The notes under the pieces were generated by a model. That model was not told where the DNA came from and ran no database searches. It was given only the letters and a program-made list of their open reading frames with translations. The position numbers and the translations under genes were made by a program. DNA of 63,981 bases, the filler included, from Sanchytrium tribonematis (lineage: Eukaryota), in assembly GCA_018985235.1 (NCBI GenBank). It is 6 parts of 6 records of this genome, joined end to end, with 100 filler letters (N's around TTAATTAATTAA, not from the genome) between each part and the next. Parts side by side here need not be neighbours in the genome. Positions count along the whole stretch, not along the records: positions 22,283 to 33,272 come from JADGIG010000272.1; positions 33,373 to 44,360 come from JADGIG010000273.1; 4 more parts are not named here. The stretch is one strand, 5' to 3'. How positions within the stretch are numbered: position 1 is the stretch's first letter; the number at the start of each line of letters is the position of its first letter. This document shows positions 25,364 to 36,816 of this stretch, in pieces.

Positions 25364-26765
25364 AAGTAGAAGGCATGGATTTGATTAAATATGATTTCAG
25401 TCGCCTCTAAATTCGCCACATGTTCCGTAATTTACTAGGAGGTGTGAGTAATCATGTCATTTTCCTACTGGATTTCCGATTTGTACTCGTAAATCGACGC
25501 ACAGATCATGAAAAATCACAACGATTGCCAGATCTAAAATATATTTTGTGTGACCAAAGAAACATGTTGGAATTGGTACAAAATACGTTGATTTTTAGTC
25601 GTAATACGTCGCATCTCTTGAAAATCGTCACTTTGAGTCACAAAACATTACCTGTTCTATCGTAGGATGACATGCAGATTATATCACGCCATTCGATCCG
25701 AAATCACGATGAGTCACGATTTATTTGGGAATTTTAGTCAGTAAATCACGCCATACATCACATTTCGACAATTTAAACACATGCAGATAAAAATTGGAAT
25801 TTGTAGATCGATAAAAGTGAATAGAATTGGGTGAGTGGCTATAAGCGAGAAAAAAAAGTCAGGAATGTTGTTATTTTTGGAAATGGACCATTAAACGCAT
25901 TAATGGTGGGCCATTTTGAGTATATTCAATAAATTATTACCTGTAGTTTATGTGATAGCAATTTTTAAAAATTGTTATCATTTCTGAAGAATTTTAGGTG
26001 TTTGAGCTACTAAAAAGTTGTTAAGATTGGGAAGCCTTTACATTGATAAACAATAACACCCTCATTTCATAGTAATAAATCCAGCAGGCTTTGGAGAAAT
26101 GTAATCTGGAAAAGTTGCTCTAATTTGTTTTTTGTGAAATTTGTCCATTAGTAAAATGGGAGCTAATTATCGCCATTAGTAATAGTCTTACTAGATGTAT
26201 AGATCTAAATCATTTGACTCATTTCACTGCTCAGTATCTCGATTAACGCGGAAAGAGGGTGCGACTGCGTGTGAAAGTTGAAACGATCAATTATTTTTTG
26301 AAACTCTCTCATTTCCACTCACCAGTGAAAAGGATCAACGTGGCTGATCGTATCAACATGCTCCTTCATTTGTAACACTCAATTAGTAATCAAGTTATCA
26401 TATCCGGCAATTGCTCAGTATTTACAAAATGATTTGTCGATCTAAAGTGCGCCGTATCCACGACGTTAGACGCCCTTGAACTAATTCTTAAACAACTAGT
26501 TGCGATGGCAATCGAATTGTATCAAAGTAGGATGTTGATGAAATGATCACATCTCGACTGAAATCGGTGCCAGTAACACAGCGTCACACAACAAAGAATT
26601 TAATAATTAAATTCGACAATTATCAATAAAGCATCTTACAGCCCAACTTTCTATAATGTCGTGTCTCAATTCCCATTCTAGATCATTTGATTCTAAAAGG
26701 AGTATCTAGAAACCCCCAAGGAGTCCCCGACTTCTTTAAAAATCATTGCTTCCCCAACCCCTCGA

Positions 26766-29214
26766 ATGTTTTTCCAATTGATCTTTGCTGTATGTCAACC
26801 GACTACAGAATGTAATACAATCCAGGACTATTGTAAAATGGATGAAATGCACTCTAATAGAGCATTAGATACTGTTAATCAAGAAACCATTCGTATTTGC
26901 AATCAGGAATGTGCGCAACAGTATTACGATGCATACAATTGCATGCAGCAGAATGAAATGGCAAATACATGTAAAGATGAATGGAATATGCGATGTTCCA
27001 TTGACCCAAAGCCATTAACAGATACAGCATCCCCATGTATGAATGAATTTGTCAAGAATTTACAAATGAATGTGGCTTTAAAATTCAAGAATGAGCAAGA
27101 ATTGGATACGAATTTAATCAACCCACTCCCTGTTAATCCTAAATTGATGTTTTTATGTACAGATTGCTCCAAACAGTTGATTCTGTATACGCAGCAATAT
27201 GAAACCCACAATCAATCTGCCACCAAATGGTCTTCCTTTATGAAAAACAATGCTTTGACGAGTTGTGGTACTCAATTCCTTGACAACTTCCAGATCTCTA
27301 GTGATTTCACCAATTTTCTCAAGCCACAAACTCAAACATCTCAAAATTTGATTTTGATCATTGGTATCTCCATTTCTGCACTTGTATTGCTATTAATCAT
27401 CTTCTTTGCTTATAGAAGATACATGGGTAAACCCCCATTAGGCGTCGTCGAGCAAGAATTGCATTTTCTCACTTCTATTGATTTTAGATTTGTTTGGACC
27501 ATTTTAGATCCACGCCCCTTTTTTATCCCACTCACTCGTCGCAAAGTTGTCTTATATCTATTATATATTGCTATTGGTATCGTATTATCAGGTGTATTCG
27601 GATATCTCCCAGATGGATTCTATTATTTTAAACAAGTTGCCAATTTCTCAGTTATTGCTGCAATTGTCCAAATCATCATTGATCCACTATTAATCATTGT
27701 CACCATATTCACATGCAAATATGACTCAGTCCACCCTATAGAATCCATTGATCCACGCAGCAGAGACAGTCAAGAAATGCGTGAATTGAACTCAGTCAAT
27801 CAATCTGCTCAATCCAGCAATGCGTCCCTAAATGGCAGTGCCCCATTCATCTCTAGAGGTGATATGCACTCTCAAATCGCAGTAGTCATTTGTACACACA
27901 ATTCTGCAGCTGTTATTGAAGAAACCATCCACGCTGCTTTAAATCACTTTAATCCAGATAATATCTATATTGCAGACAATGGGTTCTCAGAATTACCCAT
28001 GGACCACACCAAACAACTCATCCATGCCATTCATCCTGATATTGTCTATAGATATTACAATATTGGCAATAAAACACTCGCTCAATATTTGACAGTCAGA
28101 TACATCCACAAGACACGTCGATCCACTAGCACCGATAATAGTGGGATGAGAGCCTCTCAAACCTCTTTAGATAGCAGTAGAATGTCACAAAATACAACCA
28201 ATGCCACCCAATCCCCAATTAATTATGTTTTAGTGATTGACGATGATGTGTCACTCCCTTTAAACATCCATTTCCCACTCCATCAATTAAGTGGCAATGT
28301 CAAGGCACTCGCATATCCCATCAGAGGCGTAGATTATGAATTACAACAAGCTAGATTATTCACAAAATGGCAAGATATGGAATACAAATTATGTGATTTT
28401 ATCAGATTATTTCAAGATAAATATTGTAGTATTTTACATCCACATGGTGCTATTTCATTATGGCACAAGGATGTCCTACTTAGAATGTTGCATGACTCAG
28501 ATTCCATCTTTTATGCAGATGATGTGAAAATGGGCAAATGGTTGTTGCAACACGGGTTTAAATTGGGATATGTCAATGATTGCATCGTAGATACGTAGTT
28601 TATATTCATTTAGTTGGTGTCCAGAGACCATTATTGGTGAATTTCCTAATTTTTATTCACAGCGTGTCAGATCATGGGATTTCTCAGAACATATGCTCAC
28701 ATGGACATTTATCAAGTTGGTATTCACGAGTTACTCTAATACAAGTATGAGAGAGACCATTTTATTGAAGATATTCCATTTATATTCACTCTATCCCGTC
28801 GTCATTGATTGGGTGAAATTACCTGCTTTAATCTACATGATTATCGTAAATCCATCCTTTTTTGGAGTTGCATTAAGTGGTGTCGTGAGTTTAAATGCCA
28901 TTGCCATCTTCGTATGGAATTATTGGGCGTGTCGTTACAGACCAGATATTCAAGTCACATTTGTGAGTATTATTACATTTCCACTCTATAAAATATTGAG
29001 TAGTATGATCCGAGTCATTGCCATGTTGAGATGCGCATTGGTGTATTGGCCACGACACTCTACTAAAGATTTTAGACCCAAATTGTTGACAGAAGGAAGA
29101 ATTGGAGATATTGAGAAATATGAACATTTGGGATTAAAAAGAAGAATAACGAATATGAAGAGAGCATTTAGTAAGCGTAAAACAAGCAGACCTGAAGAAG
29201 GTGTATTAAAATAA
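26766..29214 (+). CDS. Processive GT2 glycosyltransferase with Cys-rich N-terminal ectodomain; 2 exons, 809 aa
   Basis: IADNG, VIDDD, HGAISLW, ADD, QRVRSWD (QxxRW variant, in frame only after splicing 28595-28613); several TM segments. Confidence 0.85.
28595..28613 (+). other. 19-nt spliceosomal intron
   Basis: gtagtttatattcatttag; splicing gives IVD-T-WCPET..QRVRSWD. Confidence 0.92.
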
Positions 29215-29240
29215 TAAAATAATGAATGAACTTTATTCAC

Positions 29241-29714
29241 TCACATGTAGCATTGATCACGCACATTCTCTGCACTGCAAAATATATCACAATCAAATCT
29301 GCTTGTAAATAAATCGTTGCATGTTCCAAAAGATTCACCATGTGAAGAAGGATTTTGATGATCTTCATCCTTGAAAATGCAATATTGACTATCTGGACAG
29401 ACTGTTAATACGTTGCCAGATTCACCAATGACTCTCCCACATGTCCCATCTGCACTGATATGACAAGTGCCCTCTGATAAACGTGGATCGCATTGAATGG
29501 AATTAACTGGTGCTGGCAATTGAGATTTAATTTTGCATAAATGAGTTGCACTATAAGCGGGTTGACACTTGTTTTGATGCCATGGTTGATTGCCACAAAC
29601 ACCTTTTTGACTGCAATACGAATTCATGCATTTACCATGTTTTAGTCCACAATATCCACCTATTTGGACTGTTCCTTTTTGTACTTTTGCTGCTACCATC
29701 ATAATGGAAAACAT
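29241..29714 (-). CDS. Secreted chitin-binding (CBM18/hevein-like) protein
   Basis: YCG....C...YCSQKGVCG..CQPAYS, plus a second degenerate module ISADGTCG..CP..QYC. Confidence 0.75.
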   Translation of the reverse strand: MFSIMMVAAKVQKGTVQIGGYCGLKHGKCMNSYCSQKGVCGNQPWHQNKCQPAYSATHLCKIKSQLPAPVNSIQCDPRLSEGTCHISADGTCGRVIGESGNVLTVCPDSQYCIFKDEDHQNPSSHGESFGTCNDLFTSRFDCDIFCSAENVRDQCYM

Positions 29715-29967
29715 ATTGAATAAATGAGACTCTTTCTCTTAAAAAGGCCCATGATTTCAATTTAGAATTTGATTGGTGCATTAGACGGTGCGCATGTTCT
29801 GTGAATGGACACGGTATATGCATCTTATATTCGCAGGTTCTTGCTGCAAAATAGAATGAATACAACAAAAGTACAAATTGATTTGTCATTTACAATTGGA
29901 TCTTGTGTGACCTCTAAACAACGTGATTCGGGGTTTGACAGTGTGACAATAGGGAGACAGTCGCTTC

Positions 29968-30864
29968 ATGATGATTCTCTTCATCAACATGTTTGCATTT
30001 CTACCGATACCAGAAGATATAAAATCACAAATTAGGTCGTTTTTATTCCCTCCACCTAGAATCAATATTTACTGCAGAAAAAACACACTTCCATTTCAAT
30101 CTAGAGAAGGTAATATGGATCTTATGAAATGGACTAAGTTGGTACTCGATGGGAATGGCGAGAGTGTCGAACTGGATGGATATAAGCTACAATATTTTGG
30201 TTTAAATGAAGCTGAAAAGAAAACTTTAGAAGAAGAAGAAAATCGAAAAACATTAGAGTATTTAGAAAGCATTGGATTAACAGAAGCTCATCTTCCACAT
30301 TTAAAAAAAAAGAAAGATTATGTTTACCATAAATTGTTAATCACAAAAAATGGCATCACTAAAATTGTTTGGATAGTACCATATGTAGAACACGATAGTA
30401 AAAGAGTAGATGAACGATATCCATGGGCTGCATTAAGTGGATACCAGACTTTTGAAGATGCAAGTCACTTTTTAAACAGTTGTGGACGTGCCAATATCGC
30501 ATTTCCAATTGGTAACGATAGAGAAGAATATGAATGTTTTTCAAGAATCATTTTTAAATATTCCATCCAATGTAGTCGCGATTGCAATTTGTTTAATAGA
30601 TGTTTTAAATCTCAACAATTAAAAATGCAAATATCGATGAACACGATTGCGAAAAGAAGTGGCATAAATGATTTATTTAGAATGTATGGTACTTATATTA
30701 GTGATGATCAATTCAAAGTCAAATTATCACAATCCATGGAGTCTCCTAATTATTCTCAAATCATTAAAGTTCATTTAAATGGCACAATGGAAATGGAACC
30801 ATTTGAAATAATTTATTCAACTGATGATAGAAAACAAGTTGCAATGACGTGCAGTCTTGGTTGA
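29968..30864 (+). CDS. Hypothetical protein with F-box-like N-terminal motif
   Basis: FLPIPEDIKSQIRSFL; 298-aa ORF. Confidence 0.6.
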   Translation: MMILFINMFAFLPIPEDIKSQIRSFLFPPPRINIYCRKNTLPFQSREGNMDLMKWTKLVLDGNGESVELDGYKLQYFGLNEAEKKTLEEEENRKTLEYLESIGLTEAHLPHLKKKKDYVYHKLLITKNGITKIVWIVPYVEHDSKRVDERYPWAALSGYQTFEDASHFLNSCGRANIAFPIGNDREEYECFSRIIFKYSIQCSRDCNLFNRCFKSQQLKMQISMNTIAKRSGINDLFRMYGTYISDDQFKVKLSQSMESPNYSQIIKVHLNGTMEMEPFEIIYSTDDRKQVAMTCSLG

Positions 30865-30897
30865 CAATTCAATAGTTTAATAAATGATTTATTTTAT

Positions 30898-31527
30898 TTA
30901 ATATCCCATTCCGGGTGCACCCATTTGATGGGGTTGTTGGGCTTGATTTGGCATTTGTTGATTAAATTGACCATTTCCCAATCCAGGTCGATTCAGATCA
31001 GTGGATTGACCAGTCATTTGACCAGACATATTGGATGCATGACCAGGTTGAGCCATTTGTGGGACTTGTTGAGGGACTTGATGATTTTCATAACCAGGTT
31101 TCATGGATTGTTGATGTAATAAAGGATTTGGATCCACACGACTACCTGGTTGAGGACCCTGTTGATGCATAGCTGGTTGCATATTGGATTGCATATTTGG
31201 CTGCATTTGAGATGGTTGGACACCTTGTTGAGGCAAATGACCTTTGTGATGCAATTTTTGTTGTTTAATCTCAATTTCTCTTAATTTCTGTTCATCTTTT
31301 TGTTTTTGAAGCAGTACTTCATGTTCTCTCTTTTTTAATTCTTGCAACATTTCTTGATCTTTTTGAAGTTTATTGGCAATTTTATCCATTTCTGCCTTTT
31401 CTTTTTCTTGTCTTTCTCTGACTACAGCTTCACTCTCAATATTCTGCATTTTATCAGCTTTTAATCGAAGTTTTTCAGCCATTTTATCTTTAATAGTTGG
31501 TTTATGTTCTTTTTCATGATGAGTCAT
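30898..31527 (-). CDS. Coiled-coil plus Q/P/M/G-rich low-complexity protein
   Basis: 209-aa ORF; K/E/Q-rich helix followed by a QP-rich tail. Confidence 0.75.
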   Translation of the reverse strand: MTHHEKEHKPTIKDKMAEKLRLKADKMQNIESEAVVRERQEKEKAEMDKIANKLQKDQEMLQELKKREHEVLLQKQKDEQKLREIEIKQQKLHHKGHLPQQGVQPSQMQPNMQSNMQPAMHQQGPQPGSRVDPNPLLHQQSMKPGYENHQVPQQVPQMAQPGHASNMSGQMTGQSTDLNRPGLGNGQFNQQMPNQAQQPHQMGAPGMGY

Positions 31528-31696
31528 TTTTGATAATGATGTGGGATGGGATTGTTTAAATAGAGTGGACTATAAAATTAGAGACGTGTGGTCGATGCAA
31601 CTATAACAGATTTTATGTTTCATGATGATCACATGTTAAAATAGATCACAATATGGGTTTAAACAGAGGGATGATTGGGTGAAACTGAGATTAAAA

Positions 31697-32200
31697 ATGA
31701 CATTCATGACATTTGGCAGATCATTTTGTTTAGAATGTGGTACAAATCTCATATGGTTTTATTTGCCATCATTTATTTATGCTGGTATTTTTGTATTAAT
31801 TTGTATGTATGTGAATATGGATACAGTAGCAAGGATATTTGTGATAATTACTGGCGTGTGTTTGTTTTGGCCATTTGGTATTCTACTTGGATATTTCCGA
31901 CTATTTATTGAAAGACGATTTAAAATTACTAATGAAAATGTATGTTCGACTGAATCTGGCATGATGATACAGCCAGAGGAACCCACACCTGTTAAACCAA
32001 AGATATTAATGGTTAAAGAGACTAAAAAGAACTTGGAAATGCAAGAATGTAGTATATGTTTGGAAATGACACATGGGAATGATTCGGCGAGAACGAATTG
32101 TAATCATTGCTTCCATTTTAATTGTTTAAACGAATGGTTGCTAAAAACTAGAGCGTGTCCCATATGTAGAAAAGAGATATTTGCATTGATTGTTGAATAA
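31697..32200 (+). CDS. Membrane-anchored RING-H2 E3 ligase
   Basis: Two TM segments, then CSICLE..CNHCFHFNCLNEWL..CPICR. Confidence 0.85.
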   Translation: MTFMTFGRSFCLECGTNLIWFYLPSFIYAGIFVLICMYVNMDTVARIFVIITGVCLFWPFGILLGYFRLFIERRFKITNENVCSTESGMMIQPEEPTPVKPKILMVKETKKNLEMQECSICLEMTHGNDSARTNCNHCFHFNCLNEWLLKTRACPICRKEIFALIVE

Positions 32201-32240
32201 ATGGTCTAGATTGAATAGGCCGTTCAAAGTTTGAAAGAAA

Positions 32241-33272
32241 ATGATGACCATCTTACGGCTTTATTTAACTTTATTGACGTCCACATATGGAATATCTCCA
32301 GACTGTCCAAATATCATGAGCTTTTTACAAGGTTTAAATCTCCATATCACCAATCCATCATTTTATCAAAGTATTCCAGTAGACTGCTGCACGAGTTCTA
32401 TTAGCAATTCAGAAGGTATCTTTACATTAGTATGTACTGGATCTGGATCAAATCAACATCCAATCGCATTTCAGCTATCGGATGTCAAAATTAATGGTAC
32501 GATCAAACCGCAATTGATTCCATCGACTATCACTAATCTTGAAATATCAGGAACTTCTTTAAATACGACTATCCCTAATAATTTACCAGGGACGATCAAG
32601 TATTTATATTTAGATACGAACTATTTGACAGGATCCATTCCAAATACGCTTCCAACTTCATTATTGAGTCTAATCCTCAATGCGAATCAATTAAGTGGAT
32701 TACCTTTATCATTTCCAAGTAGTCTTACCCGTTTATCTCTGAATGATAATTTATTTACCAAAATGCCGCCGATACCACCAAATTTGAATGAATTTTACGC
32801 ATCAAATAATTTGATTTTTGAACTTTTTACTTTCCCTAAATCAGTTTTAGTGTTATGCTTCCTACATAGCAACCTGCTTTTCGGCACCATTCCTGGTAAT
32901 TTACCGAGTACCTTGCAATATCTGGAGATCAATAACAATAATTTGCAAGGATCCATCCCAAATTCCCTTCCTTTAGGATTAATTGAAATTTCAGCAGAAA
33001 ATAATCAATTGACAACATTTCCTACGGCATTTCCATCTTCTGTATCTTCATTGTATTTAAAAAACAACTTATTCACTCAAATGCCAATATTTCCATCACA
33101 ACTGGGATATTTGGACATTTCAAATAATATCATTAATGATAAATTACCAATTTCACTTCCTAGCACATTAGTTAGCTTAGTCGCTACCAATAATTCAATT
33201 TATGGCTCTATACCAACATTACCTGCTACTTTAAAGAGACTTACATTGAGTCACAACATGCTATCTGGTAAT
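32241..33272 (+). CDS. Secreted leucine-rich-repeat protein, 3'-truncated
   Basis: Signal peptide, Cys cap (PDC..DCC), repeated LPxxLxxLxLxxNxLxGxIP. Confidence 0.9.
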
Positions 33273-33372
33273 NNNNNNNNNNNNNNNNNNNNNNNNNNNN
33301 NNNNNNNNNNNNNNNNTTAATTAATTAANNNNNNNNNNNNNNNNNNNNNNNNNNNNNNNNNNNNNNNNNNNN
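33273..33372. other. Artificial contig spacer
   Basis: N44-TTAATTAATTAA-N44. Confidence 0.99.
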
Positions 33373-34982
33373 ATATCTTCATAACCTATATGAACCACAT
33401 CCGATATTTTCTCACCCAAAAGCCATGTATTTTTTGCCAACATAAAACTTTTTTTAGTTACAAGTTGTGACGTAATGAAATAAAACTTACCCAACTTGTA
33501 TCCTGGATAATGAAATTTGATATTTTGCCAATTCCAAGCAGCCTTGACTAAAACAAGCTTCATATTTCCTGCTTTTTTACCCTTTATTGCTAGAATGTCA
33601 TTATCCCCAATCTTGTTCTCTTTAGGAATATTTCCATGTAACCCATCTGTCCATTTGTGGTTCTTATCTCCACATTTTACCTGAATAATATCAATTATAT
33701 TTTGATTCACGATAAAACCATGCAAACAATTGTTATTGGCACTCATGATTTGATAAACACCATCCATTAGTGGTTGGGTTTTAACCACTTCGCGAAAAAC
33801 ACCTAAACTTAATACTTCAGAGTGCTTTCTCAAAATGACAGATTCCATGTAGTGCCCCATTAACGTAAATTTCTCTTCTGTCAACAAAGTAAACACTAAT
33901 TGCTCCATGCAGGCAGCATGTAAGTTAAAATATTCAACAATATATGCGATTGTATAAGGTAACAATAACTGTATTTCCTTTTTATCAGGAATTGAATGGA
34001 AAAAGTACGACTCTGAGTATTTCTCGATACAGGTCGAAAATTTTCCTGGAAGACATTGATTGGTAAATAACTCTGTCCATTTTAGAGTTATTATATCAAA
34101 CGGGTTTCCACTGTCGTATTGTAGATAAAACATGGTTAAAATGGAAGCCAATAAAGGACACTTATCAATGTATTCCCAAAATTCTGTTTTCGAAATAGGT
34201 AGCTCACTGGGTGAATTCATGTACCTTGGAACACCACCTGTATACCAAAGAATATTAGAAGCTTGATCTGTATCAACTGAGCAATACTTTGCTATATTAT
34301 CTGCATCTCGTAAAGGGTAAATGTATTTTTTTGTGTATACAGTGTTATTCAAGTTTGAATAACCTGGAAGTATATTCTTGAATGCATATTCAGTGAGTTC
34401 GTAAGAGCTACTAGATATAAATCCCAATGAGCAAGTGGATTTGCCAATGATCTGGAGCTGGTAAATAATCTCCATACTTTTGAGTTTATGGATTGCATCA
34501 CACTTGTAAACATGATGTATCCCATCTGCAAAGAAAAACAGCCTGAATCCCTTATTTTTAACAGCTTTAAACCAGTCAAGTGCTTGATCAAACTCTTCAT
34601 GTTTTAAATCACAACCACGTCCTGTAAGCCAAACCTGTATTCTCTCAAATGGAGTCTGTAGTGCTTGTATTGGCTGAGACATGTCACTGTAGAAACATTG
34701 AGCATTTTTCTGGTTTACCCCAAAATACTTGTTCAGTAATATTATCATATTTTCCATTAACCAGGACTTACCTGTTCCTCTAGCACCTATAAAAGCATAA
34801 TTTGGTTTCTGAACTATCTGATTTACATCTAACATTCTTTCAACTGCCACAGAAATATCTTTAAGTATATTTCTAACATTTTCTGTAGTGAATAGCGACT
34901 TTGTGTCTAGACTACTCCATTCAGAAAGTACATATTCATGAACAGAAGAGGAAATATTACAAGATGATGATTTATTCTCCAT
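33373..34982 (-). CDS. P-loop NTPase with C-terminal restriction-endonuclease-like segment (Crinkler-type architecture); 3'-truncated
   Basis: Walker A GARGTGKS; Walker-B-like FFFADG; WYTGGVPR; IDIIQVKCG. Confidence 0.65.
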
Positions 34983-35697
34983 CTTACAAGAAGTCAATTG
35001 GTAAAGACACGTTTGGTAAATTAATTTTGAGAAAAGGAAAATTCAAAGTGCCAAAAGTACCAACACCAACACTTTTTGCGACTGCAGTATTAAAAAGCAT
35101 AATTGAAGTGAACAGACATACAGTCAAGCAACCCTATTCTAGCTTTAAGTGTATATTGCCAAACAATCCTCGTCTAATTATTTTACTCTTTTAATTGAAT
35201 TTGACCAGACTAGCAGAAATAGTTGGTTCGATTAGCACAATCACTTATATTGCAAACAATTTTTTGAACACTTTTTGACAGCTTTGATCTTGGCATTCAG
35301 AAAGGTGTCTAGAATGTCTTCTACAATCTGGAACTGGTTCGCCATAATTTTGAGGATCCTCATGTGTTACTGTCAATTTTGGAAATTCTTTTTTCTTGGA
35401 AGTCATAAGGACACAAACAATTGAATGCTCAAATTTTTTCAATTCATAATAACTATGGTGGCTACCATCAGATACTTGATCACCTGAAGAATGATTGTAA
35501 AAGTTTAATCATTGTAAAACACAGGGGTAAAGACAGACTTTCTACCTGTAAGAATCGAACTGCATTTCTCTATTCCCATAGATTGCCCAGATTTCATTAC
35601 AGAAACTAACCTAAGTAAAATTAAGCACAAGAAAATTGTTGATTTTGAATCGAAAATCGATGAAGGAAATGTATTCTATACAGACCAAGTTATACAC

Positions 35698-36396
35698 ATG
35701 GCTCCATTTGAGAATATACCTAATGGTTGGGAAAATAAATTCGAGACTTTTTTTGTTGAGGCATATTTAGACCAAGAAAAATGTAGAGAGAATACTTGGT
35801 TGAAAGCTGTACAAAGAATTACAAATGGGAAACAAACAACTGAATATGTAACCAAAAAAGCCGGATCTGACAAATCAAAGTTATTTGTTCATTTACAAAA
35901 GGAAACAATTGAAATTTTGGCAGAATCAGAATTCTTGAATAGTTATTTTCACTGTTTAGTTGATCGAATTATATTTGAGAATGAAAAATATCCAAACGTG
36001 AAGTTGCAGTGGGATCTTGCTACTTATCCAAAAGGTGACACCCATACTGTATTCTCGCTTAAATCACCTGTTGGAAATTCGGCCGAATTTTTGAAAGCTA
36101 AAGGGGACTTTGACATCAAACTAACTAGATCTAAAGCGGTGGAATACATCTTTAGACACAAGAAGGAGTTATATGATGAATTGATGTTGAAGAACATCTT
36201 GCCAACTATCGATTATACGACTGGATCTCTTTGTACTGGAAGTGTTCATCCAAGATTAATTGAATTTAGTAAAAACTTTTGCAGAGCTACAATGATGATA
36301 ATGGAAGTTGATGAATACAAAGACTGGACTGTTGATGAGATGAATCATTTGTTTGAACAATATGATGACTTGAAAGCCCAAAATATTGCTGATTAA
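35698..36396 (+). CDS. Hypothetical protein
   Basis: 232-aa ORF followed by AATAAA; no motif recognised. Confidence 0.65.
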   Translation: MAPFENIPNGWENKFETFFVEAYLDQEKCRENTWLKAVQRITNGKQTTEYVTKKAGSDKSKLFVHLQKETIEILAESEFLNSYFHCLVDRIIFENEKYPNVKLQWDLATYPKGDTHTVFSLKSPVGNSAEFLKAKGDFDIKLTRSKAVEYIFRHKKELYDELMLKNILPTIDYTTGSLCTGSVHPRLIEFSKNFCRATMMIMEVDEYKDWTVDEMNHLFEQYDDLKAQNIAD

Positions 36397-36816
36397 TAAA
36401 TTTTTTCTAATGCTAGTTATAAATTGCATAAATGCTAGACTAAAAATATTAAGAAATAGTAAAACGATTTTAATTGATCAATTAACTAGGTCAAATTTCA
36501 GCATTTCAGAAATTTTGAAATCAGATTTCTTTTTAAATTAATATTGTCTAGAAATCTTATTGGATGTCTCATGTTTTGTATATGTTAACAAATGATAAGT
36601 TGAGTATGGATAGGTTTATGAAATAGTGACAAATTTATGTAATTCTTTTAGTTTCTAATTCATATTTTATTGCATTCATCTGCAATGTTGCTGTTTCATG
36701 TCGAATTATCGGAATCATGATTGAATTCCATAGCCAGTTTTCCATTTCGTTTATCTACTAGCTCATTTACAAATTACAAAGGGGCGTCATAATGAACTCA
36801 AATACGAAAAATTTAT

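Noticed and set aside
35245..35609. Two short ORFs (65 and 62 aa)
   Set aside because: No recognisable features; the minus-strand one might be real but the evidence is insufficient.
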